From an uncultured Christensenellaceae bacterium (GTDB lineage Bacteria; Bacillota; Clostridia; Christensenellales; SZUA-584), in NCBI GenBank assembly GCA_964586785.1, contig CAZPHS010000002.1:74502-138501 (forward strand): DNA of 64,000 nt, written 5' to 3'. This document shows, piece after piece, positions 8,394 through 18,947 of this stretch. Under the pieces are notes generated by a model. It ran no database searches and was not told where the DNA came from. It saw only the letters and a program-made list of their open reading frames with translations. The translations under genes were made by a program, and so were the position numbers. The number at the start of each line of letters is the position of its first letter. The first letter of the stretch is position 1.

Positions 8394-10175
8394 ATGAAAC
8401 GCGATGAAATTGATGAAAAATATAAATGGCGGCTTGAGGATATCTACGCTTCCGAAGACGAGTGGGAAAGTGATTTCAAAAAGCTTGGCGAAATTCTGCC
8501 TTCGCTTAAAGATTTAAAAGAAGGCTTCGCGGACAGCGCGCAAAACCTTTTAAATGCGCTGAGGCGCATTGACGAGGTTTCGCTGCTTTGCGAGCGGCTT
8601 TACGTATACGCGAAAATGCGGCGGGACGAGAACAACTCAAACGCGCGCTATCAGGCGATGACCGACCGCGCAATGTCACTTTACGTCGCGGTGTCGGGCG
8701 AAACGTCTTTCGTCGCGCCCGCGCTGCTCAAAAAAAGCGCCGAAACTCTTGAAAGCTATATAACAGAAGAAGCAAAGCTTGCCCCTTATGCTTTTATGAT
8801 ACGCGACGTTATTCGTCAAAAGCGGCATGTGCTTGGCGAAAACGAAGAAAAACTGCTTTCAATGAGCGCCGATTTCGCTTCGGGCGCCCGCGATATATTC
8901 ACTATGCTCAACAACGCCGATTTAAAATTCGGCATCGTTGATACCCCAAGCGGCGCCGTGCGGCTTTCACACGCGCGCTTTGTCGAGCTTATGCAGCACA
9001 AAGACAGGCAGGTACGTAAAAACGCGTTTGACGCGTATTACGGCTCCTTCGCGGACAATATAAACACCATCGCCTCCACGCTGTCAACCAGCATCAAAAA
9101 AGACGTATATTACGCCCGTGTCCGCGGCTACAAAAGCGCTCTTGAAAAATCGCTTTTCGCCGATAACGTGCCTATGGCTCTCTACGACGGGCTGATAAAC
9201 CGCATACACGAAAGCCTGCCCGTAATGCATGATTATATTGAAACAAGGCGGCGCATTCTTAACATTGACGATATCGCGATGTACGATGTTTATGTTCCTC
9301 TCGTTGACGACACGGACAAAAAATACGACTACGAACAAGCTATAGAGCTTGTAATAGAGGCAATGGCGCCCCTTGGCGGCGACTATATTGCGCTGCTTAA
9401 GCGCGCGTACACGGAAAGATGGATAGATGTTTTTGAAACCGAGGGAAAGACAAGCGGAGCGTATTCGTGGGGGGCTTACGGCACGCACCCTTATGTGCTC
9501 TTAAACCACCGTCCCGACCTTGATGGCGTATACACAATAGCGCACGAGCTCGGGCACGCCATTCATTCGTATTATTCGGACGAAGCGCAGCCCTATTCCC
9601 TGGCATCGTATACAATATTCGTCGCGGAGGTAGCCTCCACTGTTAATGAAATTCTGCTTACGCATTATCTCTCGGAGCATGGGGATAACGTACTTAAAAA
9701 ATACGTGTTAAACCATTATCTTGACCAGTTTAGAACCACGGTAGTCCGCCAGACTATGTTTGCGGAGTTTGAGCGCATATCTCATTCCATGTACGAAGGC
9801 GGAGAACCTTTAACGCACGAAGCGCTGTCGGAAAAATACGCGGGCTTAAATAAGCTGTATTACGGCGGCGGTATTAAAACATGCGGCACCATAGCAATAG
9901 AATGGGCGCGTATACCGCATTTTTATAACGCGTTTTATGTTTATAAATATGCCACGGGCTTTTCCGCCGCGGTTACGATTGCCGCGGGGATATACGAAGG
10001 ACGCCCGGGCGTGCGCGAAGCATATACAAAGCTTTTAAAAAGCGGGGGCGGCGATTACCCCCTCGCTCTTCTTAAAGAAGCGGGCGTAGACTTTACGGAC
10101 GGCGCTCCCGTGGCCGGCGCGATGGAATCCTTCCGCGCCGCGCTTTTAAAGTTTAAATCCGTAATGAATGTTTAA
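8394..10175 (+). CDS. pepF: Oligoendopeptidase F (M3B metallopeptidase)
   Basis: About 593 aa with the HELGH zinc motif (AHELGHAIHSY). The start was chosen at the internal ATG, consistent with typical PepF N-termini. Confidence 0.9.
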   Translation: MKRDEIDEKYKWRLEDIYASEDEWESDFKKLGEILPSLKDLKEGFADSAQNLLNALRRIDEVSLLCERLYVYAKMRRDENNSNARYQAMTDRAMSLYVAVSGETSFVAPALLKKSAETLESYITEEAKLAPYAFMIRDVIRQKRHVLGENEEKLLSMSADFASGARDIFTMLNNADLKFGIVDTPSGAVRLSHARFVELMQHKDRQVRKNAFDAYYGSFADNINTIASTLSTSIKKDVYYARVRGYKSALEKSLFADNVPMALYDGLINRIHESLPVMHDYIETRRRILNIDDIAMYDVYVPLVDDTDKKYDYEQAIELVIEAMAPLGGDYIALLKRAYTERWIDVFETEGKTSGAYSWGAYGTHPYVLLNHRPDLDGVYTIAHELGHAIHSYYSDEAQPYSLASYTIFVAEVASTVNEILLTHYLSEHGDNVLKKYVLNHYLDQFRTTVVRQTMFAEFERISHSMYEGGEPLTHEALSEKYAGLNKLYYGGGIKTCGTIAIEWARIPHFYNAFYVYKYATGFSAAVTIAAGIYEGRPGVREAYTKLLKSGGGDYPLALLKEAGVDFTDGAPVAGAMESFRAALLKFKSVMNV

Positions 10176-10230
10176 TATATACCCCGCCGTTTTAGAGGCC
10201 GGCCGCTGATAAACAAAAAGGAGGCATAGC

Positions 10231-11022
10231 GTGAAAATCAGTTTTTCAACCCTTGGATGTCCGGAATGGTCTTTCCCCGAGATAATATCCGTGGCTTCCG
10301 ACCTTGGATATGACGGTATCGAAATAAGGGGCATACAGCGCGAGCTTTACGCGCCGGATATAGAATGCTTTATTGATTCGCGGCAGCTTGAAGCGACAAA
10401 AAAACAGCTTAAACGTCTTTCTCTTGCAATACCGTGTTTGGCGTCGTCATGCAATCTTAATTTTGAAAGCGATATTGAAAAAGCCAAAGCATATGTGGAT
10501 ACGGCGAGCGCTTTAGGCGCGCCTTACATACGTCTGCTTGGAAACGCCACTCCGGAACCTTCTGACGATATAAGCCTTAAGGTAATTATGCCTAATCTTA
10601 TTGAAATAGCGTCATACGCGAAGGATAAAAGCGTTACTCCTCTTATTGAGACAAACGGGTTTTTCGCTAAAACGAAAACCTTGGGGGCGATGTTTAAAGA
10701 GCTTGAAGACGCCAATGTAGGCATTCTCTACGATATACATCATCCGTACCGATTCTTCGGAGAGGAGCCCGCCTATACCATAGATAATATAGGACCGTTT
10801 ATTAAACATGTTCATATAAAAGATTCCGTGCGGGACGGCACGCAAATAAAATATAAAATAGTGGGAGAAGGCAACCTGCCCGTTAAAGAGACCATACGCC
10901 TGTTAAACGGCGCCGGCTATACCGGCTTTTATTCTCTCGAATGGGTAAAACGCTGGGATTTGACGCTTGAAGAACCGGGAATCGCTTTCGCGCATTTTAT
11001 TGAATACATGAACTCGCTGTAA
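10231..11022 (+). CDS. Sugar phosphate isomerase/epimerase (xylose-isomerase-like TIM barrel)
   Basis: GTG start after AAGGAGG. MKISFSTLGCPEW...GYDGIEIRG and YSLEW pattern typical of the AP-endonuclease-2/TIM family. Confidence 0.8.
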   Translation: MKISFSTLGCPEWSFPEIISVASDLGYDGIEIRGIQRELYAPDIECFIDSRQLEATKKQLKRLSLAIPCLASSCNLNFESDIEKAKAYVDTASALGAPYIRLLGNATPEPSDDISLKVIMPNLIEIASYAKDKSVTPLIETNGFFAKTKTLGAMFKELEDANVGILYDIHHPYRFFGEEPAYTIDNIGPFIKHVHIKDSVRDGTQIKYKIVGEGNLPVKETIRLLNGAGYTGFYSLEWVKRWDLTLEEPGIAFAHFIEYMNSL

Positions 11023-11032
11023 TCTATCGCCG

Positions 11033-12844
11033 TTATGCTATTTTAATAAAGAAAATATTTGCTTTTGTGGATGCCGTCACTATCATGTTATTATAAACGG
11101 CGGGAGTCGCCTCTATAGGTTCGCCAACACTAATACTGGTTACTTCTTTTCCCGTCAATCCGTCAATCAAAGCAACGTCTCCCGCGCTGTCGCACTGCAC
11201 AATATATCCTTTGCCGTCCCGCGTGTATACCGACACGGGCGACGAGGGCGACCAGCCGCCGGTCTGCATATCATATTTCCATACCTGTTCGAACGTTGAT
11301 TTATCCAGCGCTATAAGGCTGCTTGTTACGGAGCCGCCGTACACTTCTTTAGTAACACCGAATACTATCAGCCCTTCCATATCGGTGCCGTCTTTGCCAA
11401 GAACCGGAGACGCCAATATGCCGCCGGTGCCTCCGCCGTCCGACTTTACGGTAAATTCCTTTTCGAAAACCACTTCTCCGGTAATGCCGTTAATCTTTCG
11501 CGCATATACCGTCCCCGTATCGCCGAGCGGGCGCACCAGAGGGTCGTAATTACAGCCGCTGTACAAATAAATCGTACCGTTTTGCGCGTCTTCCTCTAAA
11601 ACCATTGTCATATCGCTGTCATCTGTTAAATCGTTCGCGTACACAAGCTCCATGGTGTTAAGGTTAATGCACGAGAGAATTCCGGCGTTATCGGCAAATA
11701 TCAAATTGTCCCGCCACGCAACCGCGGAGCTTTGAGTGCCCCAGCGCCCTTTTTTGCTTGCGTCCTTATTGCGCGGGGACGTATAGCGGTACTTAACCAT
11801 ATAAGGCTGCTCGTCCATAGAGATGCTCCCCTCCTGCTCGTCATAAACAGTATTAAGGCTGCATACATAAACGACGCCGTTTTCACCCGGGATTATAAGC
11901 GTATCGGACTGGCCGTCTATAAGCGGGCTTGAGCTGTACGCCTGCCATCCGCGGTGCGCGAAAGGGTCAGCGGTCTGCCAGCCGAATTTTAAAAGCTGCG
12001 ATCCGTCGATAAGGCTGTAGGCACGCATATACATGTCTTTGCAGTTGTTTTCCCTGCCGTTAGACTGAAGCCCCTGGCCCGCGTAGATAACGGGATACCC
12101 CCTTGGGTCTATGCTCGCCGTACCCGTAACGGGCGCGCCCGTAGCTATCGGGTCTCTTGAAAGCTCTCCGGTAAAAAGATCCATAAAGTATATATGCCCG
12201 CTCAATGTGGCATAAATGACTTCTACAAAATTATCATCGTCCCGGTATTGCTGATACAAAGAGGTCATAATGTTACGCGTTTTAGCCGGCCATTTTACTA
12301 TAAGCGGCTGACCGGTATATGTGCCGCCGCCCTTGCCGCCTATTTTGCCTGTTTTTTTAGTCGCGACAAGCTCTAAAGATGCGGCGTCTGAATTTATTGC
12401 GCCAAAGCCGGACATATCCCTGTAGTTATTTCCGCGGAATGTGATTATACCGTCTATGCCTGCGTACTGCCGTCCCGTACCGAACGTTATAGGGTCGCTT
12501 GCCGAATAAGAATTGACAATCTCGCCGTCCGCCATTACATCGGTTATAAGCCCCAGTTTATCGGGATGCGTTTTGTCGGTTGAGTATGGCAGAATATCGC
12601 CGGATAATACGCCCATATCTTCGTGAGCCTCATCTGTTTGCTCCGGCAGATAAACATCGTCGGGCGGCGTCATAACCATTGCGTCACTGGGCGGCAAATG
12701 TTCCCCCGGCTGATTGCACAAAGACATGTAGATCAGCGCGACTCCTGTTAAAAAGGCGGCGGCAACCAACGCGCAGATAATTTTAAAACGTTTCTGTGTG
12801 CGTTTCCTTACTTTTCTTTTGATTGCGTATCGTCTCTTTTTCAT
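11033..12844 (-). CDS. Membrane-anchored PQQ-like beta-propeller repeat protein
   Basis: Basic N-terminus plus one TM helix, then repeated beta-propeller-like blades (..G.IY...DG.l.ald..TGe..W). Confidence 0.65.
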   Translation of the reverse strand: MKKRRYAIKRKVRKRTQKRFKIICALVAAAFLTGVALIYMSLCNQPGEHLPPSDAMVMTPPDDVYLPEQTDEAHEDMGVLSGDILPYSTDKTHPDKLGLITDVMADGEIVNSYSASDPITFGTGRQYAGIDGIITFRGNNYRDMSGFGAINSDAASLELVATKKTGKIGGKGGGTYTGQPLIVKWPAKTRNIMTSLYQQYRDDDNFVEVIYATLSGHIYFMDLFTGELSRDPIATGAPVTGTASIDPRGYPVIYAGQGLQSNGRENNCKDMYMRAYSLIDGSQLLKFGWQTADPFAHRGWQAYSSSPLIDGQSDTLIIPGENGVVYVCSLNTVYDEQEGSISMDEQPYMVKYRYTSPRNKDASKKGRWGTQSSAVAWRDNLIFADNAGILSCINLNTMELVYANDLTDDSDMTMVLEEDAQNGTIYLYSGCNYDPLVRPLGDTGTVYARKINGITGEVVFEKEFTVKSDGGGTGGILASPVLGKDGTDMEGLIVFGVTKEVYGGSVTSSLIALDKSTFEQVWKYDMQTGGWSPSSPVSVYTRDGKGYIVQCDSAGDVALIDGLTGKEVTSISVGEPIEATPAVYNNMIVTASTKANIFFIKIA

Positions 12845-12976
12845 TTGACAAGCCTTTTTATAATTGTTTCCTTAACAGCGTTTATTATTATACAACTTTC
12901 TTAACTTTCTGACAAATAGATAGGCTTCGTATTCTTTTTATTAAAGGTGATAACGTCTTATTCCGATTAAGTTTGT

Positions 12977-13005
12977 TTGTTGCGATAAAACAGCTGTGGT
13001 ATAAT
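12977..13005 (+). promoter_or_regulatory. Candidate sigma-A promoter with extended -10 (TTGTTG, 17-nt spacer, TGgTATAAT) for cinA
   Basis: TTGTTGcgataaaacagctgtggTATAAT lies 28 nt upstream of the cinA ATG. Confidence 0.5.
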
Positions 13006-13032
13006 CGTTATATTAAACTTTAAGGAAAAAAT

Positions 13033-14280
13033 ATGAACGCGGAGCTTATCAGTATAGGTACGGAAATTTTGCTTGGAGACATTATAAACACAAACAGCGC
13101 TTTTCTCGCGCGCCAATTATCGCAGCTTGGAATAGATGTTTATCATCAGTCTGTAGTGGGCGATAACGCGGCACGGCTTAAGCAAGCTATAAACGCGGCT
13201 TTATCCCGTTCAGACATAGTGCTGACGACAGGCGGACTTGGCCCTACATGCGACGACGTAACCAAAAAAACCGTGGCGGAAATGTTTGGCGTGCCGCTTC
13301 AAAGGCATATCCCTTCGGAACAAAAAATAAAGGCTTATTATTTAAACCGCGGCATTGATATGACGCCTAACAATCTTCTGCAGGCCGATGTACCCGCCGG
13401 TTCAACCGTCTTCCCTAATGACGCCGGCTTTGCGCCGGGCGTGGCGCTTTCAACCGGCGGCAAAACGGTTATAATGCTTCCCGGTCCGCCTTCCGAAATG
13501 TGCCCGATGTTTCAAAACCATCTGGTACCGTTTTTACAGGCGATGACAGATTCAATTATCCGTTCTAAAACGGTTAATATATTTGGTCTTGGCGAATCTG
13601 CCGTTGAAAACGCTTTAATCGACTTAATGATAAGTTCGAATAACCCTACCGTGGCTCCTTACGCGGCTTTGGGCGAGGTTAAAGTGCGTGTAAGCGCGAA
13701 AGCGGCCGACGCCGCGGCGGCTGACGCTCTTATTGACCCCGTTATAAATACTATCAAAGAAAAGCTTGGCGGCGCCGTATACGGAATAGACGCGGAGAGC
13801 CTGCAAAATGTTCTTGTACGGGAGCTAAAAAATAAGCGGATTACCGCGGCGGCGGCGGAAAGCTGCACCTGCGGCATGGTCAGCGCGGCCATAACGGATA
13901 TTCCTGGCGCTTCATTTGTATTTAAAGGCGGTATCTGCGCCTACACTAACGATAGCAAGCTAAAGCTGCTTGGCGTGAAAAGCGATACGCTTAAACTGTT
14001 TGGCGCCGTCTCGGAGCAAACCGCAAAAGAAATGGCGAAAGGCTCAAGAGAAGTATTCGGCGCCGACATAGGTGTCGGCGTCACCGGAATTGCCGGTCCG
14101 GACGGCGGTACCGAACTTGAACCCGTCGGACTTGTATATATAGCCGTTAAGAGCAAATCATACAGCGAAGCGAAAAAGCTGTATCTGGCTCGAAAGCTCG
14201 CGAACGACCGTTCCGCCATTCGCCGCATGGCGACGCTTCATGCACTGTCTCTTATGCTGACCGCGGTCTTAAACGCATAA
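13033..14280 (+). CDS. cinA: Competence/damage-inducible protein CinA (MoCF-binding domain plus PncC nicotinamide-nucleotide amidase domain)
   Basis: MNAELISIGTEILLGDIINTNS N-terminus. C-terminal AESCTCG...GVTGIAGP motifs. Confidence 0.9.
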   Translation: MNAELISIGTEILLGDIINTNSAFLARQLSQLGIDVYHQSVVGDNAARLKQAINAALSRSDIVLTTGGLGPTCDDVTKKTVAEMFGVPLQRHIPSEQKIKAYYLNRGIDMTPNNLLQADVPAGSTVFPNDAGFAPGVALSTGGKTVIMLPGPPSEMCPMFQNHLVPFLQAMTDSIIRSKTVNIFGLGESAVENALIDLMISSNNPTVAPYAALGEVKVRVSAKAADAAAADALIDPVINTIKEKLGGAVYGIDAESLQNVLVRELKNKRITAAAAESCTCGMVSAAITDIPGASFVFKGGICAYTNDSKLKLLGVKSDTLKLFGAVSEQTAKEMAKGSREVFGADIGVGVTGIAGPDGGTELEPVGLVYIAVKSKSYSEAKKLYLARKLANDRSAIRRMATLHALSLMLTAVLNA

Positions 14281-14293
14281 AAAAGCGCACAAA

Positions 14294-14319
14294 AGAGCCG
14301 CCCGACTTAAAGCGGCTCT
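14294..14319. terminator. Hairpin between convergent genes (8-bp stem AGAGCCGC/GCGGCTCT)
   Basis: Perfect 8-bp stem with a 10-nt loop. An A-run on the left gives a U-tract for the minus-strand gene. No clear T-run for cinA. Confidence 0.45.
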
Positions 14320-14378
14320 TACACGTTATCTTCCAAAAGACGTCACAAATAAATCTTTCCGTGTATATTTATTGTGAG

Positions 14379-15038
14379 CTATTGCTCCGAGCCGCACTTT
14401 CCGCAAAAAGCCGCCCCTTCGGGCAAATCGGCGCCGCATGAAACGCATTTGTTTCCCGTCGCTTCCGAAGCGGGCGCGGCGGACTGTACCGGCTGCGCGG
14501 GTGGAGCATACTGCTGCTCCGGACGTTTTGTTCCGCAGGACGGGCAAAAAGCCGATGTATAAGCGACAAAGTTTCCGCAGCCCGGGCACGCGTATCCGGC
14601 CGATTTCGCCGCCGAGGCGGCGCGCATGGATCTGAACTTTTCCGCCTTTACAAATATAACAATCGCTATGGCAGCAAAAATCAAAAAGTAGAAAAACGGA
14701 GTGAACAAAAAGCTGCCGCCCACCACAATACCGAAACCGTAATTTCTTCCCGCAAGACCTATTATCCAAGCAACAAGGCTCCCAAGAGCAATCGTGCCGC
14801 TTGATATTACCATTGTTAGACTATCTTCCTTTATCACTGAAAGCAAAAGTCCCGCCCAGATTAATATTGTTCCCAAACACACAAAGGCTTCATATACTTC
14901 AATGATAAATAATCCGAGCAAGTAGAACAAGCCTCCCGCAGCGAAAATGAAAATCTGCGCGCTAAGCAAAAACTTTAAAAAAGCATTGCTGTTAAAAAAG
15001 GCTTTGGTTGCCGCTAAGAAATTTTTGTACGGAGACAT
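14379..15038 (-). CDS. Multi-pass membrane protein with two C-terminal zinc-ribbon motifs
   Basis: Four or five hydrophobic helices, then CPGCG...CPSCG and CVSCG...CGKCG. Confidence 0.65.
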   Translation of the reverse strand: MSPYKNFLAATKAFFNSNAFLKFLLSAQIFIFAAGGLFYLLGLFIIEVYEAFVCLGTILIWAGLLLSVIKEDSLTMVISSGTIALGSLVAWIIGLAGRNYGFGIVVGGSFLFTPFFYFLIFAAIAIVIFVKAEKFRSMRAASAAKSAGYACPGCGNFVAYTSAFCPSCGTKRPEQQYAPPAQPVQSAAPASEATGNKCVSCGADLPEGAAFCGKCGSEQ

Positions 15039-15247
15039 GGGAAAACCCTCCTTAAAATTAATATGTGATAATATCTGTACTTAAGAAATATATTACATCA
15101 TATGCGCTGTTATTCGCAAGCTTTTGGGTAAACTTTTTAAAAACATTATATTTAAATGCCTTAACGTCTTTAAAAGCACGCGCCCGGCGCTTTTTAGCTC
15201 GTTAGGCGCTTAAAAAAATATAACGTCCGATATGCCGCAATATATCT

Positions 15248-16594
15248 TTATGCGAGATGGCTTTCGATAAACCTTACCATATCCACGGCTTGGCGCTCAA
15301 TTTCTTTTTTATCCCGCCCCTCAATCATAACCCGAACAAGCGGCTCGGTGCCCGAGGGACGTATAAGTATGCGGCCTTTGCCGCCCAATTGCTTTTCAAG
15401 CGTATCAATGCGTTCTTTAACTCGCTTATCTTCCATTATTACGTTTTTATATTCGTCCTTAACGCGCGCGTTAACAAGCACTTGAGGAAGAATCTTTACT
15501 ATATCCGCCAGCTTTGATAAGGCCTTACCGCTTCGCCTCACAATGGACGCAACCTGCACGCCCGTTAATATTCCGTCGCCGGTTGTAGAATAATCGGAAA
15601 ATATGATATGTCCGGACTGCTCCCCGCCAAGCGAATAATCTCCCTTTTCTATCTGTTCAAGCACATAACGGTCGCCAACCCGGGTTTTGATAAGCTTTAT
15701 TCCGCGCTCTTTCATGGCTATATCAAGCCCTAAGTTGCTCATAACCGTACACACAAGCGTGTTCTTTTTTAAAAGCCCCTGCTGCATTAAATCCGCCGCG
15801 CAGACGGCCATAATCTGGTCTCCGTCAATAATAAGCCCATGCTCGTCAACGGCAATCAGCCTGTCCGCGTCGCCGTCAAAAGCGAATCCCAAATCCGCGC
15901 CCGATTCAAAAACAAGCTGGCGCAGCTTCTGCGGATGTGTTGAGCCGCAATTATCGTTTATATTTATTCCGTCAGGCGTATTGTAATACGGTATTACCTC
16001 CGCGCCAAGCTCTGAAAATACGCGGGGACCTATTGCGGACGCCGCGCCGTGCGCGCAATCCAGCACAATTTTAAGCCCTCTTAAATTAGTGTCCGTTGTT
16101 GAAAGTAAAAATTCTTTGTATTCTGCCGCCGCGTTGACCGCCCTTACCCTGCGCCCGACGCTTGTTCCTATTTTCAGGTCTATTGCTTCGCTGTTGTCAA
16201 GTATAATGCTCTCTATGCGCTCTTCAACCTCATCAGGCAGCTTTTTGCCTTCGCAATTAAAAAATTTAATGCCGTTATACTGCGAATCATTGTGCGACGC
16301 GGATATCACCACGCCCGCGTCAGCTTCATAGTCCCTCGTTAAAACCGCGATGCCCGATGTCGGTATTATACCCGTAACAACCGCTTCCGCGCCAACGGAG
16401 CATATTCCCGCAATCATTGCGGCTTCAAGCATATCGCCCGATATGCGCGTATCACGCCCTATAAGTATCCGCGCCTTGTGTACCTTGCCCATCAAAACGT
16501 GCGCGCCTGCCTGCCCAAGCTTAAAAGCCAGCTCGCACGAAAGTTTTTCGCCTACAACGCCGCGAACACCGTCAGTTCCGAAAAGTTTACCCAT
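15248..16594 (-). CDS. glmM: Phosphoglucosamine mutase
   Basis: MGKLFGTDGVRG N-terminus, active-site SASHN, 448 aa. Confidence 0.95.
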   Translation of the reverse strand: MGKLFGTDGVRGVVGEKLSCELAFKLGQAGAHVLMGKVHKARILIGRDTRISGDMLEAAMIAGICSVGAEAVVTGIIPTSGIAVLTRDYEADAGVVISASHNDSQYNGIKFFNCEGKKLPDEVEERIESIILDNSEAIDLKIGTSVGRRVRAVNAAAEYKEFLLSTTDTNLRGLKIVLDCAHGAASAIGPRVFSELGAEVIPYYNTPDGININDNCGSTHPQKLRQLVFESGADLGFAFDGDADRLIAVDEHGLIIDGDQIMAVCAADLMQQGLLKKNTLVCTVMSNLGLDIAMKERGIKLIKTRVGDRYVLEQIEKGDYSLGGEQSGHIIFSDYSTTGDGILTGVQVASIVRRSGKALSKLADIVKILPQVLVNARVKDEYKNVIMEDKRVKERIDTLEKQLGGKGRILIRPSGTEPLVRVMIEGRDKKEIERQAVDMVRFIESHLA

Positions 16595-16615
16595 AACGCC
16601 TCCGAATTACGGCTT

Positions 16616-16644
16616 ATTATACTTTCTGTTATACCATTGTGCAA
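16616..16644 (-). promoter_or_regulatory. Candidate sigma-A promoter for glmM (-35 TTGCAC, 17-nt spacer, -10 TATAAT)
   Basis: Minus strand reads TTGCACaatggtataacagaaagTATAAT, followed by GGAGG and the ATG. Confidence 0.5.
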
Positions 16645-16656
16645 ATTGGTATGCAC

Positions 16657-17574
16657 CTACTCGTTTCCTCTGATATAGCTTCGCGCGCCAAACGCGGCTA
16701 TGGCGCCGTCCGCCGCCGCGGTTACCACCTGCCGCAGCGGTTTGGCGACGATATCCCCAGCCGCAAATACGCCCGCAATGCTCGTGTGCATACCGTTATC
16801 CGTAACGATGTATCCTAACTCGTCAGTATCAATAATATCTGTTAATTCTTGCGTATGCGGCGAAGTTCCTACGGCAATAAATACGCCGGACACGTCAATT
16901 GCGCGTTCTTCAAATGTTTTTTTGTTACGGACACGAATTGCGTTTATCGAATCTTCGCCTTCAATTTCCAAAACCTCGCTGTCCCAGACAAATTCAATCA
17001 ATTCATTTTGCAGAGCCGTCTTTTGCAGCGCTTTTTGCGCCCTCAGCTCGTCGCGGCGATGCACCAAATAGACGTGTTTCGCAAGCTTTGCGAGATACAA
17101 CGCGTCTCCGACAGCAGTGTCGCCTCCGCCTATAACCGCTACATTTTTTCCCCGAAAAAAAGTTCCGTCGCAAGTTGCGCAATATGACACGCCCGAGCCG
17201 ATGAATTTTTTCTCGGACGACAGCCCCAGCTCCCTATGCGACGCTCCCATTGCCAGCACTACGGTTTTTGCCTTGTAAATATTATTCGCAGTCACTATTT
17301 TTTTCTCGGCGCCTTCAATGTCAAAGCCCGTAACCTCCGCGGTTTCTATAACGGCTCCGGCTCTTTCGGCATGGTTTTTAAACATCATTGCAAGGTCTAG
17401 CCCCTGTACGCCTTCAGGAAACCCGGGATAATTCTCAACGCTTTGCGTGCGGGTTATCTGGCCGCCCGGAAACATTTTCTCAATTATAAGAGTGTTAAGC
17501 CCCGCCCGCGCGGCGTACAATCCTGCCGACAGTCCGGCGCAGCCCGCCCCGACGACAATAATATCGTGCATCAT
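16657..17574 (-). CDS. trxB: Thioredoxin-disulfide reductase
   Basis: GAGCAG FAD motif, redox-active CATCDG, 305 aa. Confidence 0.92.
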   Translation of the reverse strand: MMHDIIVVGAGCAGLSAGLYAARAGLNTLIIEKMFPGGQITRTQSVENYPGFPEGVQGLDLAMMFKNHAERAGAVIETAEVTGFDIEGAEKKIVTANNIYKAKTVVLAMGASHRELGLSSEKKFIGSGVSYCATCDGTFFRGKNVAVIGGGDTAVGDALYLAKLAKHVYLVHRRDELRAQKALQKTALQNELIEFVWDSEVLEIEGEDSINAIRVRNKKTFEERAIDVSGVFIAVGTSPHTQELTDIIDTDELGYIVTDNGMHTSIAGVFAAGDIVAKPLRQVVTAAADGAIAAFGARSYIRGNE

Positions 17575-17622
17575 TTTCTCCTTAAGTTATTATATACAGT
17601 AAAGTACAAGCTAAGCACACCC

Positions 17623-17651
17623 ATTGTATCAGCCAAAAAATGCGCTTTCAA
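17623..17651 (-). promoter_or_regulatory. Candidate sigma-A promoter for trxB (-35 TTGAAA, 17-nt spacer, extended -10 TGaTACAAT)
   Basis: Minus strand reads TTGAAAgcgcattttttggctgaTACAAT. Confidence 0.5.
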
Positions 17652-17659
17652 GTATTGTG

Positions 17660-18811
17660 TTATTTTTTGTCCGCAATTATTAATTTGAGTATCTCAAGCG
17701 CTTTATCAAGCTGAGCGTCCCCATCTTTGGCGTTCTCGGCGTAATAATCGGGATAAACGCCGTTTCCGTCTATGCTCCTGCCCTTGGGCGTAAAATACTG
17801 TGACGACGTAATCTTAACGGCGCCGCCGGCGGACGCTATGGAAATTACGTCCTGCACGACGCCCTTGCCGAATGTGCGCGTTCCCACTATAGCGCCCGCG
17901 TTATAGTCTTGTATTGCTCCGGCGAAGATTTCGGACGCCGACGCGGTATGCTCATTAACAAGCACGACTAAAGGAAACGATAAAGACTCCGCGTCGCTCT
18001 CCCATGTCTTTCTGCCGCCGTGCTTATCTTCCGTATATACAAGCGTCCCTTGCGGCAGCAGCGTGTCAAGCATCTTTACAACCTTATCCATGTAGCCGCC
18101 CGGATTGCCGCGCAAGTCAAACACTATTCCGCGCGCTTCGCCGCGTTTAAAATGTTCAATGCCCTCAATAAAAAGCGTATCGCAGTTTCCGCCGAATTGC
18201 TTTATTCGCATATACCCTATGCCGTCCTCCAGCATATAGTATTCAACCATGTCCTGATGAAACGATCTGCGCAGCATAGTAAATTCCAGCGTTTTATCTC
18301 CCCGCATGATTCCAATGGTTACGGGCGTGCCATCCTCGCCTACGCAAAATATACGTATATCGGTCAATGATTTTTTTGTGACATCCTTGCCGTCTATCGA
18401 AACTATTAAGTCTCCAACCTCAAGACCGGCTTCCTGCGCGACCGAATCCTCCATAAAACTGGTGATTACCGCCAAGCCGGTTAACTCGTCAATCTTTATA
18501 CTCATACCTACGCCGTAATACTCTCCGGACGAGTTCTGGTTGAACACCGAAAATTCCTCCGGCGTATAATACACGCTGTACGGGTCGCCCAGCGACGCAA
18601 CAATCGCTTTCAAACCGGCATACTGCAACTCCCGCATATCGAAATCACGAAGATAATGGTCTTTGATAATCTCCTGCACGCGGTGGAATTCGTCGAGAGA
18701 GAGCTGCCCTTCGTCACCGGTATATTTTGATGTGGCGATAACCCATGTTAAAGCGGAAAAAATAATGCCGACCGATAATGCCAGCAGAAAAGCGCGTGAT
18801 TTTCTCATCAC
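17660..18811 (-). CDS. S41 family C-terminal processing peptidase with PDZ domain
   Basis: N-terminal anchor, PDZ region (GLEVGDLIVSIDG), catalytic region LRGNPGG...SASASE. Confidence 0.88.
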   Translation of the reverse strand: MMRKSRAFLLALSVGIIFSALTWVIATSKYTGDEGQLSLDEFHRVQEIIKDHYLRDFDMRELQYAGLKAIVASLGDPYSVYYTPEEFSVFNQNSSGEYYGVGMSIKIDELTGLAVITSFMEDSVAQEAGLEVGDLIVSIDGKDVTKKSLTDIRIFCVGEDGTPVTIGIMRGDKTLEFTMLRRSFHQDMVEYYMLEDGIGYMRIKQFGGNCDTLFIEGIEHFKRGEARGIVFDLRGNPGGYMDKVVKMLDTLLPQGTLVYTEDKHGGRKTWESDAESLSFPLVVLVNEHTASASEIFAGAIQDYNAGAIVGTRTFGKGVVQDVISIASAGGAVKITSSQYFTPKGRSIDGNGVYPDYYAENAKDGDAQLDKALEILKLIIADKK

Positions 18812-18887
18812 AAAATCTCCTTTAATGCATATACAAATATAAATATGCTTTTAAGCCTGCCTATTATACTAAAATCTATTACTGTTT

Positions 18888-18936
18888 AATATAAAAACAA
18901 AAAGCCTTCTTCCGCCGCGATGCGCAAAAGAAGGCT
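18888..18936 (-). terminator. Rho-independent terminator after the SH3/PG-binding gene
   Basis: 9-bp stem AGCCTTCTT/AAGAAGGCT. On the minus strand it is followed by TTTTTGTTTTTAT. Confidence 0.6.
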
Positions 18937-18947
18937 GCGTCTTTATA

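Noticed and set aside
14326-14769. A 147-aa ORF and several 60-66-aa ORFs overlapping the 3' half of the zinc-ribbon membrane protein gene.
   Set aside because: They are alternative frames of a GC-rich, Ala/Pro/Gln-rich linker region. The 219-aa frame has coherent TM helices and two zinc ribbons, whereas the others are R/G/C-rich with no structure.
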